From contig NIVC01000888.1 of assembly GCA_002269645.1 (NCBI GenBank), forward strand, positions 62,001 through 126,000: DNA of 64,000 nt. Direction: 5' to 3'. The notes under the pieces are model-generated. The model saw only the letters and a program-made list of their open reading frames with translations, did no database searches and had not been told where the DNA came from. Shown one piece after another: positions 39,354 to 56,234 of the stretch. This DNA comes from Macrostomum lignano. Taxonomy: Eukaryota. The position numbers were made by a program, and so were the translations under genes. The first letter of the stretch is position 1; each line of letters begins with the position of its first letter.

Positions 39354-42300
39354 ATGGCATTGTTCAAGGCGCCGTTTCGTACTGCCGGCTTCTTTGATCC
39401 AACCAGAGATGAGCTGGACAACTGTGATTTGGATATTCAGGTGAGCTGCTGATGACATTGGTGAGTTTAGCGATGCTGTGTGTGCAGCAGTCAGTGTTGC
39501 TCAGTGAGGAGTTTAGCGATGTTGTGTGTGCAGCAGTCAGTGTTGCTCAGTGAGGAGTTTAGCGATGTTGTGTGTGCAGCAGTCAGTGTTGCTCAGTGAG
39601 GAGTTTAGCGATGCTGTGTGTGCAGCAGTCAGTGTTGCTCAGTGAGGAGTTTAGCGATGCTGTGTGTGCAGCAGTCAGTGTTGCTCAGTGAGGAGTTTAG
39701 CGATGCTGTGTGTGCAGCAGTCAGTGTTGCTCAGTGAGGAGTTTAGCGATGTTGTGTGTGCAGCAGGCAGTGTTGCTCAGTGAGGAGTTTAGCGATGCTG
39801 TGTGTGCAGCAGTCAGTGTTGCTCAGTGAGGAGTTTAGCGATGCTGTGTGTGCAGCAGTCAGTGTTGCTCAGTGAGGAGTTTAGCGATGTTGTGTGTGCA
39901 GCAGGCAGTGTTGCTCAGTGAGGAGTTTAGCGATGCTGTGTGTGCAGCAGTCAGTGTTGCTCAGTGAGGAGTTTAGCGATGCTGTGTGTGCCGCAGTCAG
40001 TGTTGCTCAGTGAGGAGTTTAGCGATGTTGTGTGTGCAGCAGTCAGTGTTGCTCAGTGAGGAGTTTAGCGATGTTGTGTGTGCCGCAGTCAGTGTTGCTC
40101 AGTGAGGAGTTTAGCGATGCTGTGTGTGCAGCAGGCAGTGTTGCTCAGTGAGGAGTTTAGCGATGCTGTGTGTGCCGCAGTCAGTGTTGCTCAGTGAGGA
40201 GTTTAGCGATGCTGTGTGTGCAGCAGTCAGTGTTGCTCAGTGAGGAGTTTGTTGTTGTTAAACGGGGGTGGAAAGCCAGGGGCTTACCGCGGATCAGCCC
40301 GAAAGGGGGCTCTACCGCAGGGATCTGACTGGGCCATACCGCCACGGGCATATAGCCCGAGAGGCCACGATTGGGACCAGAGCTCAGGACTCTGGTGAGA
40401 ACAATGTGTATTGGTGCTACTAACCCAAACCTACGGTACAAGACACCGCCAACTCAAAAGTGGAATCAGGGACGGTGCTAGGACTGAGTCCACCCAGGCC
40501 ACCACCCAGCAGACAAGTCCTCGGGATTGCGCAGAAAAAAATTGGAAATAGCGAAAAAAGCTTGGGTTACTACTAAAAGCGGTCCGAGAGCGGGGAAACC
40601 CCGAAGTCTACGGAAAAGGGCTTAATTATTGGAGCGAGTCTGGAAGGCTTGTTTCCGAGGGCGAGACTCCAGGCAGGAAGCACAACTACCGGCTACAAAC
40701 CCAAGGGTATCGCCTATCCAGCTCAAGATTGGAGGCCAGGCCAAGGGGTCGGGAAGGGGCACGAGGAGCAAGAGGACCCGGACTCAGCCGGTATCCCCGA
40801 TTCGGGACGAACTCATTCCCCAGGACACCGATCCACTGTAAGGATGAGAGCCAGACACACTTAGGCAGGGAGACAACCAGAGGAGCCAGCAGATGGACCA
40901 AGGACAGAGCAGGATGGACCGGGCAGGGAGGGCAGAGCTCATAACTCCAGAAATTGGAACGGCATTCAAAGGCCTTACATTAAGATAAAACTGATAAAAC
41001 TGGGAATAAAAGCAATGGTAGGAGCACCTGAACCCTACTAGCAGGTGGGAGGCCCTGTTACCCGGGGATCAGCCTCAGGGCTGGCATCAACTGGGCTCTA
41101 CCGTACACCTACCGTACACCTTCGTGAATGGTCATTCTTTCCTGCAGGGCGGGTACGACCGGGGGGCTCAAGTCCCGTTCTAGCCACACTGCAGTCCAGA
41201 GTACACACTCACTCCAGGTACACCCCCTAAACCAAGGCCAAGGGCCGAAATAATTGGAATGAAAAACCGGGTTATTTTTAGAATGGGCACAGCCCTTCCG
41301 GGGCGGACCCTTAGAAAATTTGGCTAGCCGAAGACAGGCCAATCGGATTGCGCACAACCCTAAGATAAGCTACCAGAGAGGCAGCCAGGGTAAAAACAGT
41401 CAGAGACCGTCTTAGCGATGTTGTGTGTGCAGCAGTCAGTGTTGCTCAGTGAGGAGTTTAGCGATGCTGTGTGTGCAGCAGTCAGTGTTGCTCAGTGAGG
41501 AGTTTAGCGATGTTGTGTGTGCAGCAGTCAGTGTTGCTCAGTGAGGAGTTTAGCGATGCTGTGTGTGCAGCAGTCAGTGTTGCTCAGTGAGGAGTTTAGC
41601 GATGTTGTGTGTGCAGCAGGCAGTGTTGCTCAGTGAGGAGTTTAGCGATGTTGTGTGTGCCGCAGTCAGTGTTGCTCAGTGAGGAGTTTAGCGATGTTGT
41701 GTGTGCAGCAGTCAGTGTTGCTCAGTGAGGAGTTTAGCGATGTTGTGTGTGCAGCAGGCAGTGTTGCTCAGTGAGGAGTTTAGCGATGTTGTGTGTGCCG
41801 CAGTCAGTGTTGCTCAGTGAGGAGTTTAGCGATGCTGTGTGTGCAGCAGTCAGTGTTGCTCAGTGAGGAGTTTAGCGATGTTGTGTGTGCCGCAGTCAGT
41901 GTTGCTCAGTGAGGAGTTTAGCGATGTTGTGTGTGCCGCAGTCAGTGTTGCTCAGTGAGGAGTTTAGCGATGTTGTGTGTGCAGCAGTCAGTGTTGCTCA
42001 GTGAGGAGTTTAGCGATGCTGTGTGTGCCGCAGTCAGTGTTGCTCAGTGAGGAGTTTAGCGATGCTGTGTGTGCCGCAGTCAGTGTTGCTCAGTGAGGAG
42101 TTTAGCGATGCTGTGTGTGCAGCAGTCAGTGTTGCTCAGTGAGGAGTTTAGCGATGCTGTGTGTGCAGCAGGCAGTGCTTAGTAAGGAGTTTAGCGATGC
42201 TGTGTGTGCCGCAGTCAGTGTTGCTCAGTACGTATATTACTACTTATGTAACTGGGTAGGCAGTAGTAGCAGCGAACAGGACAAGCGAATTTGAATGTTA

Positions 42301-45300
42301 AAATCGCAGACGCCGGAGTACACACGGGAGGGCATTCAACTGGCGCCAGGCTGCATGATCACTCTGGCCGCCTTTGTACTGCCGGAGACTGAGCATTTCA
42401 TCGTTGACTTCATGGCGCCGCAGAAGCAGATTGCGCTGCACCTGCGCGCTAAACTCAACGACCGCCTGCTGGCGATGAACTCGACGGTGGCCGGCAAGTG
42501 GCAATCCGAGATGAAGGTGCGCGAGTTGCCGCTTCGTAAGGGCCGCGCATTCAGCATGTCGGTGCTGGTCACGACTAAGGCGTTCTTGGTGAGGATCGAA
42601 TGACCCCAATGGGATGGGATGGCTTTGAAGCTTGGGAATATAGAAATTAAATCGAAATTGAAAGTCAGTGTTGAGTTCCATGTCAAATTATGTCGGTCAG
42701 AGTCAGAGTTCTAGAGGTCAAGTGAGTCTAGGCGAGGTCAGGTGAGGTCAGACGAGGGCAGACGTGATCGGATGAGTCTAGGTGAGTCTAGGTGAGTCTA
42801 GGTGAGTCTAGGCGAGTCTAGGTGAGTCTAGGTGAGTCCAGGGAGTCTAGGTGATTCTAGGTTATTCTAGGTGAGTCTAGGTGATTCTAGGTTATTCTAG
42901 GTGAGTCTAGGTGATTCTAGGCGAGTCTAGGTGAGTCTAGGTGAGTTCAAGCGAGGTCATATGATTCTATTTAAGGTCAGGTGAGGTCAACTGATTACAG
43001 GTGTTGATTAGATTAAATAGTTGTAGCAACCATTTACAGAACACGGTATTCACTTGTTAAAATTTCCAACTAGCGGTATCTTATGCCAGCAAACAACTGT
43101 AAAGAGCCATTTTAACAGAGCCCATGAATTCCTCACTGTCAGATATCCTACAACGAAGAGCATTTCGCCGCGTTTCCCCACCGGATGCCCGCGGAGTCGG
43201 TGAACTCGATTGGCATTTATAGGGGCCTGAAACTGGCTGCCGTTTATTACGAAGTGGACTATAAGGTACATGTGCGCCTTTGTGATGCTTCATGACAGTT
43301 AATTTAAGACTGCACCCCAGATCGCTCATGACCCTTCTTCCACATTGCTTATGACCCTCGCTCAACATCGCTCATGACCCTTCTTCCACATTGCTTATGA
43401 CCCTCGCTCAACATCGCTCATGACCCTTCTTCCACATTGCTTATGACCCTCGCTCAAAATCGCTCATGACCCTTCTTCCACATTGCTTATGACCCTCGCT
43501 CAACATCGCTCATGACCCTTCTTCCACATTGCTTATGACCCTCGCTCAACATCGCTCATGACCCTTCTTCCACATTGCTTATGACCCTCGCTCAAAATCG
43601 CTCATGACCCTTCTTCCACATTGCTTATGACCCTCGCTCAACATCGCTCATGACCCTTCTTCCACATTGCTTATGACCCTCGCTCAAAATCGCTCATGAC
43701 CCTTCTTCCACATTGCTTATGACCCTCGCTCAACATCGCTCATGACCCTTCTTCCACATTGCTCATGACCCTCGTTCAACATCGCTCATGACCCTCGCTC
43801 AGCATCGCTTAACACTTCCTCCACATCGCTCGTAACCCTTCCCAAATATTACTCATAACTCTTCGCAAAGATTGCTTATAAGCCTTCTTCCCGACTGCTC
43901 ATAACCCATCCTAAAGTTCGCTCATAACCCATCCCGAAAATCGGTCATAACCCATTCTAAAGGTCGCTTATAACCCATCCCGAACATCGGTCATAACCCA
44001 TTCTAAAGGTCGCTCATAACCCATCCCGAAAATCGGTCATAACCCTTCTCCCGGATCGGTGGCAGTCCTTTCTGAAGAACGATCACGGAATGCGGCCCGC
44101 ACATTCGAGAATGCACACTCACCCACAATTGCAGTACAGCCCATTGCGCTTCACCATCAGCGAAGCAGATAGTGACAAAGCCGCAGCTTCATCAGCAGCC
44201 TCCATCTATTCGGCCGTTTATCCCCAGCTTCCCTACCGAATGTCGCTGGAGGGTGTCGATAAAACTGGTGGTGGGTTTTTCTCTGCAGGAGCCTGCCTGC
44301 TCATCACCATGAAACCTGACTTTCTGGCCAAGACGTGAGTGCTGTCCAGATAGTGAATCTCTGTCCAGATAGTGAATCTCTGTGTCCAGATAGTGAATCT
44401 GTGTATCCAGATAGTGAATCTGTGTGTCCAGATAATGAATCTCTGTGTCCAGATAGTGAATCTGTGTCCAGATAGTGAATCTGTGTCCAGATAATGAATC
44501 TCTGTGTCCAGATAGTGAATCTGTGCCCAGATAGTGAATCTCTGTATCCAGATAGTAAATCTCTGTGTCCAGATAGTGAATCTCTGTCCAGATAGTGAAT
44601 CTGTGTCCAGATAGTGAATCTTTGTGTCCAGATAGTGAATCTCTGTCCAGATAGTGAATCTGTGTCCAGATAATGAATCTCTGTATCCAGATAGTGAATC
44701 TGTGCCCAGATAGTGAATCTCTGTATCCAGATAGTGAATCTCTGTGTCCAGATAGTGAATCTCTGTCCAGATAGTGAATCTGTGTCCAGATAGTGAATCT
44801 CTGTCCAGATAGTGAATCTGTGCCCAGATAGTGAATCTCTGTCCAGATAGTGAATCTGTGTCCAGATAGTGAATCTCTGTCCAGATAGTGAATCTGTGTC
44901 CAGATAGTGAATCTCTGTCCAGATAGTGAATCTGTGTCCAGATAGTGAATCTCTGTCCAGATAGTGAATCTGTGTCCAGATAATGAATCTCTGTGTCCAG
45001 ATAGTGAATCTGTGTCCAGATAATGAATCTCTGTCCAGATAGTGAATCTGTGTCCAGATAGTGAATCTGTGTCCAGATAGTGAATCTCTGTCCAGATAGT
45101 GAATCTGTGTCCAGATAGTGAATCTCTGTCCAGATAGTGAATCTGTGTCCAGATAATGAATCTCTCTGTCCAGATAGTGAATCTGTGTCCAGATAATGAA
45201 TCTCTGTCCAGATAGTGAATCTGTGTCCAGATAGTGAATCTCTGTATACAGATAGTAAATCTCTGTGTCCAGATAGTGAATCTCTGTCCAGATAGTGAAT

Positions 45301-48300
45301 CTCATTATCCAGATAGTGAATCTCAGTATCCAGATAGCGAATCTCAGTATCCAGATAGTTATTCTCATTATCCAGATCCAGAGTGACACACGGAGACACA
45401 CAACATCCGTTATCCTTCATCAGCCACACACCGTGTTGCGCTATTCCAGCCTGAACATCGCATTCACCCGGGCGGACGGGCAGCCAGCCGTGGACCTGGA
45501 GCTCTACGTCAACCACTCCCAGGGCCGCGTCAGCCTGCACTTAGAATCTAAGGTGACCAAGGACTGCTCTCTCTGGAGCCTCATCGGACTCAACCGGCGA
45601 CGGCATGTCGACATTTGCGTCTGCTGTACCGACACAGCCATGCGGGTGAGGGCTGGCTGACTGTCGACACAACCTCACTCCTCACCTACCTCACCCCGTC
45701 TACATTACTCCAGTCTACCTCACTCCAATCTACCTCACTCCAATCTACCTCACTTCAGTCTACATCACTCCAATCTACCTCACTTCAGTCTACCTCACTC
45801 CAGTCTACCTCATTCCAATCTACCTCACTCCAATCTACCTCACTCCAATCTACCTCACTTCAGTCTACATCACTCCAATCTACCTCACTTCAGTCTACCT
45901 CACTCCAGTCTAACTCACTCCAATCAACTCGACTACAATCTACCTCACTACAATCTACCTCACTTCAGTCTACATCACTCCAATCTACCTCACTTCAGTC
46001 TACCTCACTCCAGTCTAACTCACTCCAATCAACTCGACTACAATCTACCTCACTACAATCTCTCACTCAAGTCTACCTCACTCCAATCTACCTCACTCCA
46101 GTCTACCTCACTTCAGTCTACCTCACTCCAGTCTACCTCACTCCAGTCTACCTCACTTCAGTCTACCTCACTCCAGTCTACCTCACTTCAGTCTACCTCA
46201 CTCCAGTCTACCTCACTCCAGTCTACCTCACTGCAATCTATCTCCCTCCAATCTACCTCACTCCAGTCTACCTCACTCCAATCTACCTCACTCTACTCTA
46301 TCTCCCTCCAATCTATCTCACTCCAGTCTACCTCACTCCATTCTACCCCACTCCAATCTACCTCACTGCAATCTATCTCCCTCCAATCTACCTCACTCCA
46401 CTCTATCTCCCTACAATCTACCTCACTCTACTCTACCTCACTCCAATCTACCTTACTCCAATCTACCCCACTCCAGTCTACCTCACTCCATTCTACCCCA
46501 CTCCAGTCTACCACACTGCAATCTATCTCACTCCAATCTACCTCACTCCACTCTATCTCACTCCAATCTACCTCACTCCACTCTATCTCACTCCAATCTA
46601 CCTCACTCCAGTCTACCTCACTTCAAGCAGCGATCTCTATATCTTAAGATCATCTTACTCTGCTCAGGTCTTCCTGTAGTTTGCAGCGCACTCGTATCCG
46701 TAACTGCAACACATCCTTGACATTTCTGATGACATCAAGGCTATTTTCGGGTGCAAAATAAGTCAAATTAAAATCTCAGTTACAAATTGTTAAATATGCA
46801 AACGCCAATAGTGCAATGCATGCCAGGCTCATAGCTAACGCATATTTGAGCAAACAATTGGAGTCTGCCGCGCCAGTTTTCAGAGGGAAATTATCGAACA
46901 AAAAATACACAAAGCCAGCCAAGCCGGGGGAACCGGCTGCGGAGGCTGGTGGAGGGCTTCTTGCCCAGATAGAATTCAGCCTCTGCGTGCCACGGTCGCC
47001 TCTGAAGCCTGACGACGCGTCGTCGACTTCCCGAAAGACTGCCAAGTGGATAATGGGATCGGGGGCGAGAAAAAGTTGGCAAGCTTCCGGCCTCTCCGCC
47101 TTCTTCCGTTTTCCTAGAAATGCTACTTCCCCTTTAGAATGCGACACTTTCGTGGAGTCCTCTCGTGCAGAATCTTTCTCCTTTGGCTCGCTACAGCGGG
47201 AGCGGAGATTGGGAGCTTCCTGTCAGGAGAGACCCCCCATTGAGACGGGTCTTCTGAAGTCGCTTGCTGACGCACTTGTGGACCCAGCCTGCAACCCTGC
47301 GATGGAGTATCTTAGTTTTTGAGTTAAATGAATGAAACACTGATAAAGGGATTCCGTTTATGAGTATGAGTTCATAAGTGAGTTCATGAGTAAATTCATG
47401 AGTCCATGAATGAGTTCTTGAGTTCATGAGTGAGTTCATGAGTGAGTTCATGAGTGAGTTCATGAGTGAATTCATGAGTGAGTTCATGAGTGAGTTCATG
47501 AGTGAGTTCATGAGTGAGTTCATGAGTGAATTCATGAGTGAGTTCATGAGTGAGTTCATGAGTGAGTTCATGAGTGAGTTCATGAGTGAGTTCATGAGTT
47601 CTTGACTTCATGGGTGAGTTCATGAGTGAGTTCATGAGTTCGTGAGTTCATGAGTGAGTTCATGAGTGAATTCATGAGTGAGTTCATGAGTGAGTTCATG
47701 AGTGAGTTCATGAGTGAGTTCATGAGTGAGTTCATGAGTGAGTTCATGAGTTCTTGACTTCATGGGTGAGTTCATGAGTGAGTTCATGAGTTCGTGAGTT
47801 CATGATTGAGTTCATGAGTTCGTGAGTTCATGAGTGAGTTCATGAGTGAGTTCATGAGTGAGTTCATGAGTTCGTGAGTTCATGAGTGAGTTCATGAATG
47901 AGTTCATGAGTGAGTTCATGAGTGAGTTCATGAGTGAGTTCATGAGTGAGTTCATGAGTGAGTTCATGAGTGAGTTCATGATTTCGTGAGTTCATGAGTG
48001 AGTTCATGAGTGAGTTCATGATTTCGTGAGTTCATGAGTGAGTTCATGAGTGAGTTCATGAGTGAGTTCATGAGTGAGTTCATGAGTGAGTTCATGAGTG
48101 AGTTCATGAGTGAGTTCATGATTTCGTGAGTTCATGAGTGAGTTCATGAGTGAGTTCATGAGTGAGTTCATGAGTGAGTTCATGAGTGAGTTCACGAGTG
48201 AGTACAAAATTACCATCAATCAATAGGAGTTGTGCACTAGATTCACTGTATTTCGCCAAGCACCGCATCCAACTCCCCCCCGCCCCCAGATATTCATCTG

Positions 48301-48421
48301 CCACCGGCCGGTGTTTCAAGCGACTCGGGACCAGCTGCAGTCGCTGTGGGGCCGAGTCTCCGGGCTGAGCATAGCCGGCAATGCCGACCTGATCGTCGCC
48401 CACTTCAGTCGACGTGGCTGA
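39354..48421 (+). CDS. Divergent tandem-repeat galectin-like protein (about 338 aa)
   Basis: Exons 39354-39440, 42310-42588 (IALHLRAKL...AMNS...KWQSE), 43143-43265 (YNEEHFAAFPHR), 44135-44334, 45450-45645, 48290-48421 (LSIAGNADL). All GT-AG and in frame. Confidence 0.8.
39465..42228. repeat. 46 bp minisatellite in galectin intron 1, interrupted at 40251-41411
   Basis: GTTTAGCGATGCTGTGTGTGCAGCAGTCAGTGTTGCTCAGTGAGGA repeats on both sides of the insertion. Confidence 0.96.
40251..41411 (-). mobile_element. 1.16-kb non-coding insertion with a short (AAC)n tail; probable non-LTR retroelement 3' end or SINE
   Basis: Splits one 46-bp unit at GAGTT|TAGC with a TT duplication; the minus strand ends ...CGTTTAACAACAAC; no recognisable ORF. 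Confidence 0.7.
42720..42950. repeat. 10 bp repeat (CTAGGTGAGT) in galectin intron 2
   Basis: Direct observation. Confidence 0.9.
43320..44045. repeat. 46 bp minisatellite plus degenerate derived repeats in galectin intron 3
   Basis: ATCGCTCATGACCCTTCTTCCACATTGCTTATGACCCTCGCTCAAC repeats. Confidence 0.93.
44343..45375. repeat. 19-21 bp minisatellite (TCCAGATAGTGAATCTCTG[TG]) in galectin intron 4
   Basis: Direct repeats. Confidence 0.95.
45700..46625. repeat. 15 bp minisatellite (TCTACCTCACTCCAA) in galectin intron 5
   Basis: Direct repeats. Confidence 0.95.
47370..48200. repeat. 12 bp minisatellite (TGAGTGAGTTCA) in galectin intron 5
   Basis: Direct repeats. Confidence 0.95.
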
Positions 48422-48853
48422 TTCTAATGGCTGTTTTTTGTGTGCGTCACGTGACTCCCGGTAACCCGGACAACCTCACATCGCCACAGACAATTGAATT
48501 AGTTAGTCCGTGATTCCTCCCAGGAATATTCGCGTTTTATTGGTGCATGCTGGTATCATAAACTCGCTATCATTCACTGGTTAGTAACCACCAAAATTGG
48601 ATAAAAGTATTGATTATAAAAATGTTACATTCAAGAATATTTCTGATCACATTTTTTGTTTAAATCGAATTCATTTCGCGCGCTTGCGCTCTCAAAATCA
48701 ACTATTCATGGAAAATTCAACGAAATCAACTGACTGATGTTTTGAGCAACAGCAATGGCATGGGTGGGAACTGAGCAAGATTGCTCCTGAGATTAGCTGC
48801 ATCTGGTGTCCAGCTTCCCACTTACAATCTTTTAGCCGTCTCGATCAATGCTT

Positions 48854-49900
48854 TTAATTACTCAGTTTGAGAAGGCCTGTCTCCAGCCACCAAGAGCCGG
48901 TTGAGAACACTTTTCTTTTTTCAATCCTTTTAATGATTATCCTCAGTTGGAGAGTCTCTCCCGCTCGGGACAGCTCGACCACTCCTTGCATGCAGCTCGT
49001 GGACCCTCCTTTATTGACCCTCGTTGGAAAACCCTTGATGCGCCAGTCAAGTGCATGCCAATGCGCCAACGTTTTTTTAAGAGCTTCGTCTTTACGCAGC
49101 AATTCTGATCCTGGGAAAAAAAAGTAATTGACAAAAATTCATTCAGAAAACATAGATACCAAGGATTTCGACTGCTGCAGACACTTTTCCAGACATCTTG
49201 AGCACTCGTGTTATTCCCGGTAGCCTTCCTTGCTCAGCTATTTCTCTTTCGCGAGAATTTTTCCAGACATTTTTTGTCATTTCCATGACGTCTTTTTCGA
49301 GTTGCTAGGTAGGAAGAGAGCCCTAAAGACAAGCTGTATTTGCTCATTTGCAACAAAACAGCTTCCAGGACGTGAAACTGACACTTGAAAATGGCACACA
49401 GCTAAGAAAAGTCTTTTTTCCTCAGTTTTTGTCTGAAAATTTCTGGCCTAATTGGGTTAACGTTTCAGGAGGACGTCGCACTTCAGGGAAAAAAGTTCTT
49501 TTTTCCGAGTCATGGCTGGCTTCTCCTCCGATAAACACCAGCTGCGAATCCCGGCTGCTGCCAGATGACTAATGATGCCTGTTTTGCCAGTCCGCAGCTG
49601 TACATGTATACAGTGTCGTTGAAGTTGACGCGAGTCGAATGTGCTGCACTTTCCAGAATTTTTCTCAAGACACTCCAGACCCTTTGAGAATTGTGGGAAC
49701 AGCAGAGAACTGACGGGGAACCTTTGTCTCGGGACCTTAGGTTTGTTACATTTATTTACTTCTCAGAGAGTCTTTGGGCTCGCCGCACATCACCCCGACA
49801 GCGAGCAAACTGAAGGCAACTCCATAGTGTTTTCAATGCACTGTGTTGATTTTTTAAATATTTTAATTTGCCGCGCGTTGTCCAGGATACAGAAGCAAAG
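48854..49900 (-). CDS. Putative TNF-superfamily-like ligand, 5' end not found
   Basis: Exons 49900-49760, 49681-49539, 49401-49331, 49304-49160, 49110-48854 join in frame via GT-AG, but one intron is only 26 nt. RAQR furin-type site, then SAAH..LVIW..VSRPGSCFV..ELLR..SCMQGVVELSRAGETLQLRI..TGLLKL, resembling TNF-domain strand order. Confidence 0.4.
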
Positions 49901-50460
49901 CTGGTCAACAAAAATATTATATTTATTTGAATGGTTTAGATTTTCACTGCTCTGGGTTGTTTAAGAATTTGGTGGTAGATGTTTGCTAGATTGCTTGTAC
50001 TGTATGTTACTTTTCTGTGGAGGGGGCAACACTAGACTGAATTTCTGTCTTTGGATGAATATTTGCGTTCTGTTCTCTGTGTATTTTATAGCCTATTGGC
50101 TACGGTGCTCCTGCGTTTTAACATTCAGTTTAAAAACTTCTACCCCCTTTCCAATCACCCACCTCACTAGAGAATCCCTTCACCAGCTCGATTCTAATTG
50201 GCTGTGGCTCTTGCGTTTTGTAGCATTCAGTTAAACAACTTCTACCCCTCCGATCACCCACCTCACTCCAGAATCTCTCCTCCAGCTCGATTCCGATTGG
50301 CTATAAAATATTCGCACTAATTCATCCAAGACAGATTTAGAGGTGAAGCATAGTAGAGAAGGGTTTTATTGTCTACCAATTAGTTTCAATATCAGAGCAG
50401 CTTAATGTAGATATTGATGGAGGAGAGTGAGTCAACTGTTTTTCCATCAGGCCGGCGTCA

Positions 50461-55505
<5,045 letters not shown>

Positions 55506-56234
55506 TGCCAGTTTCAAGCTGACGTTGGTTTCATACAATTCAGTATATTATTACTAACTATAATTACTAGTAAAATTACTAACCATACATATCGGATTTC
55601 AACTCAAGACTAACTCTACTTGTTACCCTACTTGCAGCCTTCCTGTCTCTCCTCTCCCATATCTACCTCTGTCTCTATTATAATTTCTAATAGTCAGAGC
55701 CAATCTATTAATGGTAGCCCATGAACTGCAGGTAGACTCTTCTCTGCTCCCTGTCTCTATCTGCCTTCCTATCAAACTGATTGGAATCTATTATTTTTTA
55801 CTCAAAGCAACTCACACCTATACACTAAGCCATGGTTTATAGCCCTCTTCACGTCAAATTTCCTGGGCACTGAGCAGCTGCCATATTGTGCTAGGCAAGT
55901 CAACTGACTGATTGAGCGGTATTGTAATCTGTGGTTGAGCTGGCTGACGGAGGCAGGTGGGAGCCAGTTGCTATGCCCTCATCATTTGAAGCGATTAAAA
56001 TTGAGCTAAGATTTTGCATTTTTGTTAAAAATCTTGATGAACAAAGCGGCATGTGATTCACCCACACATTCTTGCCGTTCTCCAAACGTTTTCCAAAAAG
56101 CTGAAGAAATTATGTGACTGACTTATTAATTAATCATATGGGATTGCCTGCATGCTGCAGCAAAACTCGGTTTTGGAATGCTATTTTTAGCATCTCTGAT
56201 GTGACTGCAACATGATCTGACATATGGATAGCTT

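Noticed and set aside
40251-41411. Hammerhead, HDV or twister ribozyme, or solo LTR, in the insertion
   Set aside because: I found no CTGANGA/GAAA core or complete HDV/twister pairing by eye, and there are no TG...CA ends with a 4-6 bp TSD.
39465-42228. CRISPR-like appearance of the 46-bp and other arrays
   Set aside because: The repeats are contiguous with no unique spacers, there are no cas genes, and the context is eukaryotic.
44233-46679. 435-aa, 365-aa and 354-aa repetitive ORFs
   Set aside because: These are minisatellite translations within galectin introns.
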